DNA from: Pyrinomonadaceae bacterium | GTDB lineage: Bacteria; Acidobacteriota; Blastocatellia; Pyrinomonadales; Pyrinomonadaceae | Length of the DNA stretch: 64,000 bases | Assembly (NCBI GenBank): GCA_036563455.1 | Contig: DATCMK010000029.1 | Coordinates: forward strand, 2,396 to 66,395 | Direction: 5' to 3' | Shown here: in pieces, positions 43,745-53,198 of the stretch | Numbering within the stretch: position 1 is the first letter of the stretch | Layout of the letters: every line of letters begins with the position of its first letter | Made by a program: the position numbers and the translations under genes | The notes under the pieces: model-generated | Seen by the model: the letters and a program-made list of their open reading frames with translations, nothing else | The model's database searches: none | Told to the model about the DNA's origin: nothing

Positions 43745-43905
43745 CATTCATTTGTTCATTGATTCATTGTTAAAAGAAAAATGAACAGTTGAACGAAAAA
43801 TGAACAAATGAATGAATGGCTCAATTTATTTAATCCAAAATCCAAAATCTAAAATTCAAAATGGAAATGTGTTAATCTAAGATTTCAATTCCCGACGAGG
43901 AGAAA
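43745..43905. repeat. AT-rich palindrome (CATTCATTTGTTCATT ... AATGAACAAATGAATG) followed by AAAATCYA-like tandem repeats, upstream of the ALDH gene
   Basis: Read directly. GC is far below the window average. Confidence 0.6.
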
Positions 43906-43908
43906 TCT

Positions 43909-45477
43909 ATGAGCGCAGTGCTGTCTTTCCCTTCTAAACCGGCTGAAATAATTTCCTATAATCCGGCGACCGGCGAGGAGCTCGGGCGCGTGCCCGAAAC
44001 GAGCGCCGAGGACGTTAAAGCGGCCGTCGAAAAATCGCGCGCCGCCTTTCGAAACTGGCGCGAAACCTCGTTCGCGACGCGGCGGAAATACGTCATGAAA
44101 GCGCGCGAGGTGATTTTGTCGGAAATGGACGAGATCGCGCGGCTCATCTCCGACGAATCGGGCAAGCCCGTCGCCGAAGCTTTCGCCATGGAAATCGCGC
44201 CGGTGCTCGATTTGATGCAGTATTTCGCGCGCCGCACCGAAAGGCTTCTCAAACCGCGCAAAATCGACATCGGGCTTTACGGCGCGCTCGGGCGCTCGTC
44301 GAAAATCGTCTATCAGCCGTTGGGCGTCGTCGGCATCATTCCGGCGTGGAATTACCCGTTTTCGATTCCGCTCGGCGAAGCGGCGATGGCTTTGATGGCG
44401 GGCAATACGGTCGTCATCAAGCCTTCGGAACTGACGCCGCTCGTCGGCTTGAAAATCGGCGAAATCTTCCGAAAAGCCGGACTGCCCGAAGCGGTCGTGC
44501 AGATCGTCACCGGCGCCGGAAACGCCGGCGCGGCGCTCGTCGAAGCCGCGCCCGACAAAATCATGTTCACGGGGAGCGTCGCGACCGGCAAGCGCATCGC
44601 CGAAGCGGCGGCGAGAAATTTAACGAGCGTCGTGCTGGAGCTCGGCGGCAAAGACGCGATGATCGTTTTCGCCGACGCGAATTTCGAAATCGCGGCGGAC
44701 GCCGCCGTCTGGGGCGCGTTCTGCAACGCCGGGCAATCCTGTTCGTCGGTCGAAAGACTTTACGTCGAAGAATCAGCCGCCGAGAAACTGACGAATTTGA
44801 TCGTCGAAAAAACAAAAAAATTAAAATTGGGGGCGGGACACGAAACGACGACCGACCTCGGCGCGATGAGCTCGGAACGGCAGCTTAAAATCGTCGAAGA
44901 TCACGTCGCGAGCTTCGAAGCTGAAGGCGCGCGCGTTTTGACCGGCGGCAAATCGAAGGATTTGTTTTTCGAGCCGACCGTCATCGCCGGCGCGACGAAC
45001 GCGATGCGCGCGATGCGCGAAGAAACCTTCGGTCCGACGCTGCCGATCGCGACTTTTCGCACCGAAGAAGAAGCGATCAGACTCGCCAACGATTCGGAAT
45101 TCGGTTTGACGGCGAGCGTCTGGACGCGCGATTTGTCGAAGGGAAAGCGCGTCGCCGAGCGCATCGAAGCCGGCACGGTCTGCGTCAACGAGGTTTTATA
45201 CACGCACGGCATCGGGCAGACGCCGTGGGGCGGATTCAAAAATTCCGGGCGCGGACGCACGCACGGCGTCGAGGGCTTGATGGAACTCGTGCAGCCGCAG
45301 CACATTCACGTCAACCGCGTCGCGGTTTTGCCGAACGCGTGGTGGCTGCCCTACGGCGCGACGGCGATCGAAACGTTTAAGGGCTTCGCCAAATATTTTG
45401 CTTCGGGCTCGATGCTGCAGACCTCGAAGCTGACGCCGCAGCTTCTAAAACGCATCAAGGAGCTGCGCCGAAAATAG
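43909..45477 (+). CDS. Aldehyde dehydrogenase family protein
   Basis: Catalytic Cys in FCNAGQSCSSVER, and ELGGK. Confidence 0.85.
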   Translation: MSAVLSFPSKPAEIISYNPATGEELGRVPETSAEDVKAAVEKSRAAFRNWRETSFATRRKYVMKAREVILSEMDEIARLISDESGKPVAEAFAMEIAPVLDLMQYFARRTERLLKPRKIDIGLYGALGRSSKIVYQPLGVVGIIPAWNYPFSIPLGEAAMALMAGNTVVIKPSELTPLVGLKIGEIFRKAGLPEAVVQIVTGAGNAGAALVEAAPDKIMFTGSVATGKRIAEAAARNLTSVVLELGGKDAMIVFADANFEIAADAAVWGAFCNAGQSCSSVERLYVEESAAEKLTNLIVEKTKKLKLGAGHETTTDLGAMSSERQLKIVEDHVASFEAEGARVLTGGKSKDLFFEPTVIAGATNAMRAMREETFGPTLPIATFRTEEEAIRLANDSEFGLTASVWTRDLSKGKRVAERIEAGTVCVNEVLYTHGIGQTPWGGFKNSGRGRTHGVEGLMELVQPQHIHVNRVAVLPNAWWLPYGATAIETFKGFAKYFASGSMLQTSKLTPQLLKRIKELRRK

Positions 45478-45479
45478 AT

Positions 45480-46052
45480 ATGCTGAGTGGCGAAAAACTT
45501 CCCGTCATCGAAGCTTCGCGCGTGCGTCTGCGGCATCTGGAGGAATCCGACACCGATTCGCTTTTCGAGATTTTTTCCGACCGCGAAGCGCTGCGGTACT
45601 GGGGTTTTCCGCCGTACGGCGAGCGCGCGCAGGCGGCGAAACTGCTCGCGGAAATTCACGAATACTTCCGGCAAAAATCGCTTTTTCAATGGGGCATCGC
45701 GCTTGCGGACACGGATGAAGTTATCGGCACGACGACGCTTTTCCGGCTCGACGACCAAAGCCGGCGCGCGGAAATCGGCTATATTCTGAACCGTCGTTTC
45801 TGGGGCGGCGGTTATATTAACGAGGCTTTAAGCGCGCTGTTTGATTTTGCCTTTAAAGAAATGAATCTGCACCGCATCGAAGCCGACATCGAGCCGCGCA
45901 ATTCAGCTTCCATCAAAGTCGTCGAGCGGCTCGGATTTCAACGGGAAGGATTCCTGCGCGAGCGCTGGATCGTCGGCGGCGAATTGCATGACTCGCTTTT
46001 TTACGGGCTTCTCGAAAGCGATTGGCGCGCATCAAAGCAAAATCATGACTAA
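45480..46052 (+). CDS. GNAT family N-acetyltransferase (RimJ/RimL-like)
   Basis: GNAT motifs are present. Length 190 aa. Confidence 0.75.
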   Translation: MLSGEKLPVIEASRVRLRHLEESDTDSLFEIFSDREALRYWGFPPYGERAQAAKLLAEIHEYFRQKSLFQWGIALADTDEVIGTTTLFRLDDQSRRAEIGYILNRRFWGGGYINEALSALFDFAFKEMNLHRIEADIEPRNSASIKVVERLGFQREGFLRERWIVGGELHDSLFYGLLESDWRASKQNHD

Positions 46053-46824
46053 CGCGATGCCGGCAATTTTTTTCGGACACGGCAATCCGATGAACGCGCT
46101 TTACCAAAACGCATGGACGGAGGGATGGGCGCGCGTCGGGCGCGAAATTCCGCGCCCCGCGGCGATTTTGTGCATTTCGGCGCACTGGTACATTCCCGAA
46201 ACCGCGGTGACGGTCGCCGAACGCCCGCGAACGATTCACGATTTCGGCGGTTTCCCGCAAGCGCTTTTCGAATTTCAGTATCCGGCGTGGGGATCGCTCG
46301 CGCTCGCCGAACGCGTCTCGTCGCTGCTCCGACCGACCGACGTGAAAATGGACAAGCGCTGGGGTTTAGACCACGGCGCGTGGTCGGTTTTATGCCACGT
46401 TTATCCGGAGGCCGACATTCCGGTCGTGCAGTTGAGCATCGACGAAGCGCAGCCCGCCGAATTTCATTACGGTTTGGCGATGAAATTGGCGCCGCTGCGC
46501 GATGAAAACGTGCTTATCTGCGGCAGCGGAAACCTGGTGCATAACCTGCACGCCTACGCGTGGGGCAGACACGTTCCCGAACCGCTCGACTGGGCGCGGC
46601 GCTTTGAAAATCTCGCGCGCGAAATGATCCTGAACGGCGAGCACGAACCGCTGATCGATTACGAACTGCTCGGCAAAGACGCGCTTTTGAGCGCGCCGAC
46701 GCCCGAGCATTATCTGCCTTTGATTTATATACTGGCTTTGCAGCGCGACGGCGAAAAGGTTTCGTTTCCGGTCGAAGGCTTCGACGGCGGCTCGATTTCG
46801 ATGCTCACCGTGCAGATCGGTTAG
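46045..46824 (+). CDS. Class III extradiol dioxygenase (LigB/4,5-DOPA dioxygenase YgiD-like)
   Basis: Carries the FFGHGNPMNA, SAHW and GSGNLVHNL motifs. I chose the start at an internal ATG that overlaps the GNAT stop by 8 nt. Confidence 0.7.
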   Translation: MTNAMPAIFFGHGNPMNALYQNAWTEGWARVGREIPRPAAILCISAHWYIPETAVTVAERPRTIHDFGGFPQALFEFQYPAWGSLALAERVSSLLRPTDVKMDKRWGLDHGAWSVLCHVYPEADIPVVQLSIDEAQPAEFHYGLAMKLAPLRDENVLICGSGNLVHNLHAYAWGRHVPEPLDWARRFENLAREMILNGEHEPLIDYELLGKDALLSAPTPEHYLPLIYILALQRDGEKVSFPVEGFDGGSISMLTVQIG

Positions 46825-46901
46825 AAATTTTCACGCCGAGCGCAAAACCAGAACTTCGCGGCAAAAAATAACCGAAATTTGAAATCGCGTTTGCGAAACG
46901 C

Positions 46902-47843
46902 CTATTGTTCTTCCTTCATCCGTTTTTGAATTTGGACGATAAACGAGCGGAAGGTTTCGGCTTCCGGCAGTTCGGGAAAAGCGCGCAGAAACTCCTCGTA
47001 AATCTTGATCGCTTCCGGATACATTTTCGCGCGTTCGTAGGCGTCGCCGAGCTGCTGGTAAATGACGACCGCGTCGGGCGCGCGGGCGAGCTGCGCGGCG
47101 GCTTTTTTCAGTTCGGCGGCGGCGAGCACGTAATTTTGTTTTTCGGCTTCGAAATCCGCCTCGCTCGCGGCGGCTTCGGCGCGATCCTTATACAGCAAGC
47201 CGAGACCGGTCAGCGCTTCGGGCTGATAGCCTTTGCCTTCCGTGACCGCGCGTTTGAAGGACGCGATCGCTTTCGTCTCGTTGCCCATCTCCTTGTAGAT
47301 TCTGCCTTCGACGGCGGACGCTTCCGCGAACGCCGGGCGCGCGCGGCGGGCGCTCTGAATCGCTTTGAGCGCTTCCGAATGTTCGCCCATGCCGGCTAAA
47401 GTGCGCGCCAGACCGAGAAGGGCTTCCGGGTATTTCGGGCGCAGGCGGGCGGCTTTTTTATAAAGCTCGGCGGCTTTTTCGCGATCGAGCGCCGCCATTT
47501 CCTCGGCTTCCTGAAAAGCGAGTTCGGCTTGGTCGGTCGTTTTGACGAGTTCGATCTTCAGCTCGCCGGTCTGCGCGGGCAGCAAATTTTGCGACACTTC
47601 CTTGAAGCCGTTGGCGCGCACGCGGATTTTATGCGCGCCGGTCGCGAAGGTTTTGAGCGCGAGTTTGCCGCCGGCGTCGGTTTTGCCGTAGTTGACGTCG
47701 TCGATCCAGACCGCCGCTTCCGGCTCGGTGACGATCGTCAAACTCCGTAAAGAAGAATTTTGCGCCCGCGCGGCGAGCGTCAAAACACCTATACACGCGC
47801 AAAATAAAATCGCCGCCCTTAGTTTTCTTACGTTGCTTCGCAT
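46902..47843 (-). CDS. Secreted PEGA-domain/TPR-repeat protein
   Basis: Signal peptide, a PEGA-like beta domain (VTEPEAAVWIDDVNYGKT) and TPR repeats. I chose the start at MRSNVRKL. Confidence 0.6.
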   Translation of the reverse strand: MRSNVRKLRAAILFCACIGVLTLAARAQNSSLRSLTIVTEPEAAVWIDDVNYGKTDAGGKLALKTFATGAHKIRVRANGFKEVSQNLLPAQTGELKIELVKTTDQAELAFQEAEEMAALDREKAAELYKKAARLRPKYPEALLGLARTLAGMGEHSEALKAIQSARRARPAFAEASAVEGRIYKEMGNETKAIASFKRAVTEGKGYQPEALTGLGLLYKDRAEAAASEADFEAEKQNYVLAAAELKKAAAQLARAPDAVVIYQQLGDAYERAKMYPEAIKIYEEFLRAFPELPEAETFRSFIVQIQKRMKEEQ

Positions 47844-47943
47844 TGTCTTTCTTCCCTCCCTGTTTCCGATCTTGTTTGATGTCCGCAGCCGCCGATTTTG
47901 TTGCAGCCCTAACCACGACGGCGGACTCTTCGAAATAAACGCT

Positions 47944-49146
47944 TTAATCGCCGTGAAAATCCATCGTTTCGAAATCCACATCAGAATCTTCGGGTTTTCC
48001 GAAAATTTTAAGCCAGAGAAAACCTAGTATGCCCGCTGCGAGCGACGCCAGCAGGATCGCCATTTTCGAGACGTTGATCGTTTCGGCTTCGCCGGCGAAC
48101 GCGAGATTCGTGATAAAAATCGACATCGTAAAGCCGATGCCGCCCAGAATTCCGGCGCCGAAAATATGTTTCCAGTTCAGATCGAGCGGCAGGCGGCAAA
48201 TTCCGAGACCGACGACAAGCAGGCACGCCAAGGTGATGCCGAACGGCTTGCCGCATAAAAGCCCGAAGATAATGCCGAAACTATTAAGACTCGACAGATT
48301 CTGCAGGGCGTGCGCGTCGATGACTATCGCCGTATTGCAGAGCGCGAAAATCGGCAGGATCAGAAATGCGACCGGTTTATGCAGAAAATGTTCGAGCCGG
48401 TGCGACGGCGATTCTTCGTCGTCTTCGCGCGCCGAAAACGGAATCGCGAAGGCGAGCAGCACGCCGGCGATCGTCGCGTGCACGCCCGATTTGAGCATCA
48501 GAAACCACAGCACCGCGCCGACGACGAGATACGGCGCGAGCGATTTCACGCCGAGCTTTTTCAGCAGAAACAAAACGCCGAAAACGAGGAACGCGCCGAA
48601 AAGATAGCCGATCGCGAGTTTCGCCGTGTAAAAAACGGCGATCACGATGATCGCGCCGAGATCGTCGATCACGGCGAGCGCGGTCAGAAAGACCTTCAAA
48701 GACGCCGGCACGCGGCTGCCTAAAAGCGCGAGCGCGCCGAGCGCGAACGCGATGTCGGTCGCCATCGGAATGCCGATGCCGGCTTGCGCCGGCGTGCCGC
48801 GATTCAAACTGAAATGAATCAGCGCGGGCACGACGATTCCGCCGAGCGCCGCGAAAATCGGCAGCAGCGCGTTTTTAACGTCGGACAATTCGCCGACCTT
48901 CAGCTCGCGCTGCAGCTCGAGCCCGATGAGCAGAAAGAAAATCGCCATCAGAAGGTCGTTGATCCAGAGCTCGACGCTCAAGCCGGCGAATTCGAGGTGC
49001 CATAAATGCAGGTAGTTCGCGCCCAGAAACGAGTTTGCCGCGAGAATCGAGAGAGCCGTGCAGACGATCAGCAGCACGCCGCTCGATTTTTCGGAATCGA
49101 AAAAATTCTTGAAAGTCCGCGATAGTTTTCTCTGTACGACGCCCAT
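47944..49146 (-). CDS. nhaA: Na+/H+ antiporter NhaA
   Basis: Typical NhaA topology and motifs. Length 400 aa. Confidence 0.85.
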   Translation of the reverse strand: MGVVQRKLSRTFKNFFDSEKSSGVLLIVCTALSILAANSFLGANYLHLWHLEFAGLSVELWINDLLMAIFFLLIGLELQRELKVGELSDVKNALLPIFAALGGIVVPALIHFSLNRGTPAQAGIGIPMATDIAFALGALALLGSRVPASLKVFLTALAVIDDLGAIIVIAVFYTAKLAIGYLFGAFLVFGVLFLLKKLGVKSLAPYLVVGAVLWFLMLKSGVHATIAGVLLAFAIPFSAREDDEESPSHRLEHFLHKPVAFLILPIFALCNTAIVIDAHALQNLSSLNSFGIIFGLLCGKPFGITLACLLVVGLGICRLPLDLNWKHIFGAGILGGIGFTMSIFITNLAFAGEAETINVSKMAILLASLAAGILGFLWLKIFGKPEDSDVDFETMDFHGD

Positions 49147-49263
49147 AATTTACCCGTTTGCCGCAGCGAAAATCAACGATCCGACCGCCTCGGTTTTCAA
49201 CCCCCTCGCCGCATGTCTTGGTATCTATAATACGATTCGGAACGATTTTCGCCAAAATTCGCT

Positions 49264-49293
49264 TGATTTTTTTGTCCGGCGAACTATAATTGA
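49264..49293 (+). promoter_or_regulatory. Sigma70-type promoter TTGATT-N16-TATAAT about 10 nt upstream of the tRNA
   Basis: cTTGATTtttttgtccggcgaacTATAATtgaatgttcgtG(tRNA). Confidence 0.55.
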
Positions 49294-49301
49294 ATGTTCG
49301 T

Positions 49302-49378
49302 GGCTGGGTAGCTCAGCTGGTTAGAGCGTGGGATTCATAACCCCAAGGTCGGGAGTTCAAGTCTCCCCCCCGCCACCA
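49302..49378 (+). tRNA. tRNA with anticodon CAT (elongator Met-like; Ile2 not excluded); CCA encoded
   Basis: A cloverleaf can be drawn by hand with D-stem GCTC/GAGC, anticodon loop TTCATAA, T-arm GGGAG-TTCAAGT-CTCCC, acceptor GGCTGGG/CCCCGCC with one U-C mismatch, and a 3' ACCA. The G1-C72 pair argues against an initiator. Confidence 0.85.
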
Positions 49379-49446
49379 CAACAATTTTATAAATTATCGG
49401 GAGCAGATTTTGCTCCTTTTCTATTTTCCGCTCGAATATTTACCGC

Positions 49447-49851
49447 ATGAACACCAGATTATTGATGATTTTCAGCGCATTGTTAATGGGAGTTGCCGGC
49501 TTGCTGATGGAATTCATGCCGCATGAAATACTGCGTTTTTTCGGCGAAGCGCCGATCGGCGGCATCGCCCCGCTGCTCGTCCAGCTCGCGGGCGCGCTTT
49601 ACCTCGGATTCGCGATGACGAACTGGATGGCGAAGGGCGTGCTGATCGGCGGAATATACGCGCGTCCGCTCGCCGTCGGAAATTTCGCGCATTTTCTGAT
49701 CGGCGCGCTCGCGCTGCTCAAATTCGCCGTCGGGCTTCCGAACTTATGGCTCGTCTGGGTTTTCGCCGTCATTTATGCGCTGCTGGCGATTCTCTTCGGC
49801 TTCGTCTTTTTCACGCATCCGCTCAAAACGAAAGACGCTTCCGGAAAATAG
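49447..49851 (+). CDS. Hypothetical membrane protein (4 transmembrane helices)
   Basis: Hydrophobic ORF. Confidence 0.5.
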   Translation: MNTRLLMIFSALLMGVAGLLMEFMPHEILRFFGEAPIGGIAPLLVQLAGALYLGFAMTNWMAKGVLIGGIYARPLAVGNFAHFLIGALALLKFAVGLPNLWLVWVFAVIYALLAILFGFVFFTHPLKTKDASGK

Positions 49852-49971
49852 AATGGCTCTAAAAGGTTACGTTCTCCGGCGGTGAAAAGCCTCGTTACCA
49901 AACGGCGAAACGCGGCATTTTTACCGTGAATTTTCTTGCCAAATTTTACTTGAACGGTTTATCTTATTGAT

Positions 49972-51294
49972 ATGCAAAAAGTTCTGCTATTCTTCGCAAC
50001 GCTTTTTATCCTGCTCATGAACATCGAAACAAGCGCGCAATCAGCGAAAGATTTCGCCGAAATCTGGGAAAAACATCACATTTCGAACATCCTGCCCTCG
50101 AACGTCCGGCATAAGGATTTGCAGAAATACCTCGCGCAGCTCAAAGAAACCGGGTTGAAGGTCGAAGAAGTCGGGCGCAGCTTCGCCAACCGCGAAATTT
50201 ATCAAATCGAATGGGGCAAAGGCGCGACGCGCGTCTTTTTGTGGTCGCAGATGCACGGCGACGAGCCGACCGCGACGAGCGCCCTTCTCGATATGTTCTA
50301 TTACCTGCAGAAACACGGCGATAAAAAATGGGTCAAAAAGTTCGAAGAAACCTTCACGATCCGCGCCGTGCCGATGCTCAATCCGGACGGCACCGAGCTT
50401 TTTCAGAGACGCAACCTGCAGGGCATCGACATCAACCGCGACGCGGTGAATTTGAAGACGCCGGAAGCGCAGCTTTTGAAAAAACTGCGCGACGAATGGT
50501 CGCCGCAGATCGGTTTCAATCTGCACAACCAGCAGGGTTTGACGACCGCCGGCGATTCGACGCGGCAGGCGGCGATTTCGTTCCTCGCCGTGCTCGGCAA
50601 CGCGGAAGGCGTCACGAACGCCGGACACGAGCGCAACAAACGCGTCATTTCGGCGATGGTCACGGCGCTCAATCAGTTCATCAACGGCCATATCGGGCGC
50701 TACGACGAGGATTACAACGCCGTCGCGTTCGGCGATAACTTTTCCGCCTGGGGGACGCCCGTTATCTTGATCGAAACCGGCGGACTGCACGGAAAAGACG
50801 AAATGTTCCTCGTGAAGATGAATTTCGTCGCTTTTCTGACGGCACTGCAGTCGCTCGCCGACGGCACGGAAGCGCGCCTCAGCCCCGCCAATTACGATCT
50901 GCTGCCGCGCAACACGTCCGGAAAACTCGTTTATTTTATGTTTCGCAAAGGAACGATCGTCAATTACGCCGACGAAACGATCGCGCCGTTCGTCTCGGAC
51001 GTCGCCGTCAATAAAGAACGCCGCCGCGCCGAAATGGTCGCGCCGACGTACGTCCGCGCCGTCGGCAACGCGCTCGCGCAGACCGGCCTCGAAGAATACG
51101 ACGCCTCGGATTTTTACATCGTGCCGCGCTTCGGCAAACTAAAACCCGGCGAGATGGGCGAGCTTCTCTTTTACAAAAAATCGCGCTCAATCGACTGGAA
51201 AACGCCGAACCTCGAAACGGCGGTTCCGCCCGACGCGATTTTCAGCCAGGGCAGATGGTTCAAGGGCGAAGGCGCGCTGCAAAAAAAAAACTGA
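49972..51294 (+). CDS. M14 family zinc carboxypeptidase-like protein, secreted
   Basis: Signal peptide and an HxxE zinc motif (SQMHGDEPTAT). Confidence 0.65.
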   Translation: MQKVLLFFATLFILLMNIETSAQSAKDFAEIWEKHHISNILPSNVRHKDLQKYLAQLKETGLKVEEVGRSFANREIYQIEWGKGATRVFLWSQMHGDEPTATSALLDMFYYLQKHGDKKWVKKFEETFTIRAVPMLNPDGTELFQRRNLQGIDINRDAVNLKTPEAQLLKKLRDEWSPQIGFNLHNQQGLTTAGDSTRQAAISFLAVLGNAEGVTNAGHERNKRVISAMVTALNQFINGHIGRYDEDYNAVAFGDNFSAWGTPVILIETGGLHGKDEMFLVKMNFVAFLTALQSLADGTEARLSPANYDLLPRNTSGKLVYFMFRKGTIVNYADETIAPFVSDVAVNKERRRAEMVAPTYVRAVGNALAQTGLEEYDASDFYIVPRFGKLKPGEMGELLFYKKSRSIDWKTPNLETAVPPDAIFSQGRWFKGEGALQKKN

Positions 51295-51314
51295 AATTCA
51301 AGCGAATAAAGTAA

Positions 51315-51396
51315 ATTCGGCCGCGAAGTAGCACGAAAATTCACGAAAGGTTTTTAAAGTGTTTTTCGTGTTATCTCGTGTTATTTCGCGGCTAAG
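51315..51396. repeat. Family-1 palindromic element (copy f) upstream of recN
   Basis: attcgGCCGCGAAGTAGCACGAAAattCACGAAA...TTTCGTGttatcTCGTGTTATTTCGCGGCTaag. Confidence 0.8.
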
Positions 51397-51426
51397 TTTT
51401 ATGCTAATCTGTGATTTACAATTTTT

Positions 51427-53112
51427 ATGCTTTCTCTGCTGAAAATCAGAAACATCGCGCTGATCGACGAGCTCGAGCTCGAATTCGCGGGCGGGCTGAA
51501 TCTTTTGACCGGCGAAACCGGTTCGGGAAAATCGATCATCGTCGACTCGCTCGGCGCGCTGACCGGCGAGCGCATTTCGTCCGAACTGATCAAGGAAGGA
51601 ACGACGAGCGCGCGAATCGAAGGGCTTTTTACGGTGCGCCCCGACGAAAGCCTGCACGAAACCTTCAATGAAAGCGGCATCGAGCTCGACGACGCGGACG
51701 AAATCGATCTGATCGTGCGGCGCGAGCTCGCCGCGACCGGCAAAAACCGGATTTTCATCAATAATCAATTAGTCACGCAGGCTTTTTTGCGCAAGATCGG
51801 CGCGCACCTCGTCGACATTCACGGGCAGGGCGAACAGGCGACGCTTTTTAACGCTTCGACTCACCTGGAAATGCTCGACGAGTTCGCGAATCTGAAATCT
51901 TTGCGCGACAAAGCCGGCGAAAAATTTCGGAAACTGGCGGAAATCCGGCGCGAGATCGAAAATCTGCACGAAGACGAAGCGCAGAAACTCCAACTGCTCG
52001 ACATTTTGCAGTTTCAGGTCGACGAGATCGGCAAGGCGAATCTGCAAACCGGCGAGGACGAGCAATTGGAAGAAGAAAAACGGCGGCTGAACAACGTCGA
52101 AAAACTCTCGTCTTTGAGCGAAGAATCCTACCTTTTACTTTACGAAAACGAGGAGGCGACGATCACGACGCTCGAAAAGGTCGTGCGCCGGGTCGCCGAG
52201 CTTTCCGAGTACGAATCTTCTTTCGCCGAATACAACGAATCGCTCGCGACGGCGCAGGCGGTTCTCGAAGACCTTGCGTTTTCCGTGCGCGACTTTCGCA
52301 ATTCGCTGGAATTTTCGCCCGAACGCCTGACGGAAATCGAAAACCGGCTCGCGGAAATTTCGCGTCTCAAACGCAAATACGGCGGCACGATCGAAACCGT
52401 GCTCGCGCATTACGCCGAATCTTCGGAGCGCCTGAAAAACATCGAAACCGCCGAACTGCGGGAAGCCGAACTGAACAAAGAATTAAAGGCGGCGCGCGAA
52501 GATTATCTGAAAACGGCGCGCGAACTGCACGAACGGCGCGAAAAATCGGCGAAAAAGCTGGAAAAGGACATCGAGGCGAACTTAAAGGCGGTTTCGCTCG
52601 AAAAGGCGCGGTTCGAAGTGCGCATCACGGCTGACCCGGACGACGACAAGTCCTTTTCTGCGAAGGGTTTGGACCGCGTCGAGTTTTACTTTTCCGCTAA
52701 TCCCGGCGAAAGCGTGCGACCGATCGCCCGGGTCGCGTCCGGCGGCGAATTGTCGCGCCTGATGCTGATCCTGAATACGACGACGAAACTTTCGGAAAGC
52801 GCGAAAACGATGGTTTTCGACGAAATCGACACCGGCATCGGCGGGCGCGTCGCCGAAGCGGTCGGGCTGAAACTGAAAGAACTGGCGAAAACGCAGCAGG
52901 TTTTATGCGTCACGCACCAGCCGCAGGTCGCGTCCTTAGCCGATCATCATTTCGTCGTCCGCAAGGAATCGGACAAGAACCTGACGCAGGTGCGCGTGCG
53001 CGAGCTCGACGAGACCGAAAAGGTCGAAGAAATCGCGCGCATGCTCGCCGGCGAAAAGATCACCGACACCGCCCGACAGCACGCCCGCGAAATGCTGGCG
53101 GAAGCTAGATAA
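51427..53112 (+). CDS. recN: DNA repair protein RecN
   Basis: N-terminal Walker A (GETGSGKSI), long coiled coil and a C-terminal SMC-like signature/Walker B. Confidence 0.9.
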   Translation: MLSLLKIRNIALIDELELEFAGGLNLLTGETGSGKSIIVDSLGALTGERISSELIKEGTTSARIEGLFTVRPDESLHETFNESGIELDDADEIDLIVRRELAATGKNRIFINNQLVTQAFLRKIGAHLVDIHGQGEQATLFNASTHLEMLDEFANLKSLRDKAGEKFRKLAEIRREIENLHEDEAQKLQLLDILQFQVDEIGKANLQTGEDEQLEEEKRRLNNVEKLSSLSEESYLLLYENEEATITTLEKVVRRVAELSEYESSFAEYNESLATAQAVLEDLAFSVRDFRNSLEFSPERLTEIENRLAEISRLKRKYGGTIETVLAHYAESSERLKNIETAELREAELNKELKAAREDYLKTARELHERREKSAKKLEKDIEANLKAVSLEKARFEVRITADPDDDKSFSAKGLDRVEFYFSANPGESVRPIARVASGGELSRLMLILNTTTKLSESAKTMVFDEIDTGIGGRVAEAVGLKLKELAKTQQVLCVTHQPQVASLADHHFVVRKESDKNLTQVRVRELDETEKVEEIARMLAGEKITDTARQHAREMLAEAR

Positions 53113-53194
53113 ATTAGCCACGAAAAAACACGAAAAAGGTAAAAATTTCAGTGAGATCTTTCGTGAAATTTCGTGTCTGTTCGTGGCAAAAATA
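53112..53194. repeat. Family-1 palindromic element (copy g), directly abutting the recN TAA stop
   Basis: taaATTAGCCACGAAAAAACACGAAAA...TTTCGTGaaaTTTCGTGTCTGTTCGTGGCaaaaat. Confidence 0.85.
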
Positions 53195-53198
53195 TATT

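Noticed and set aside
49302-49378. Possibility that the CAT-anticodon tRNA is tmRNA-related or an initiator tRNA
   Set aside because: A full cloverleaf with D-arm and anticodon arm is present, so it is not a tmRNA. The G1-C72 pair and the absence of the 3 G-C anticodon-stem signature argue against initiator tRNA. Elongator Met versus Ile2 (lysidine) cannot be decided by eye.
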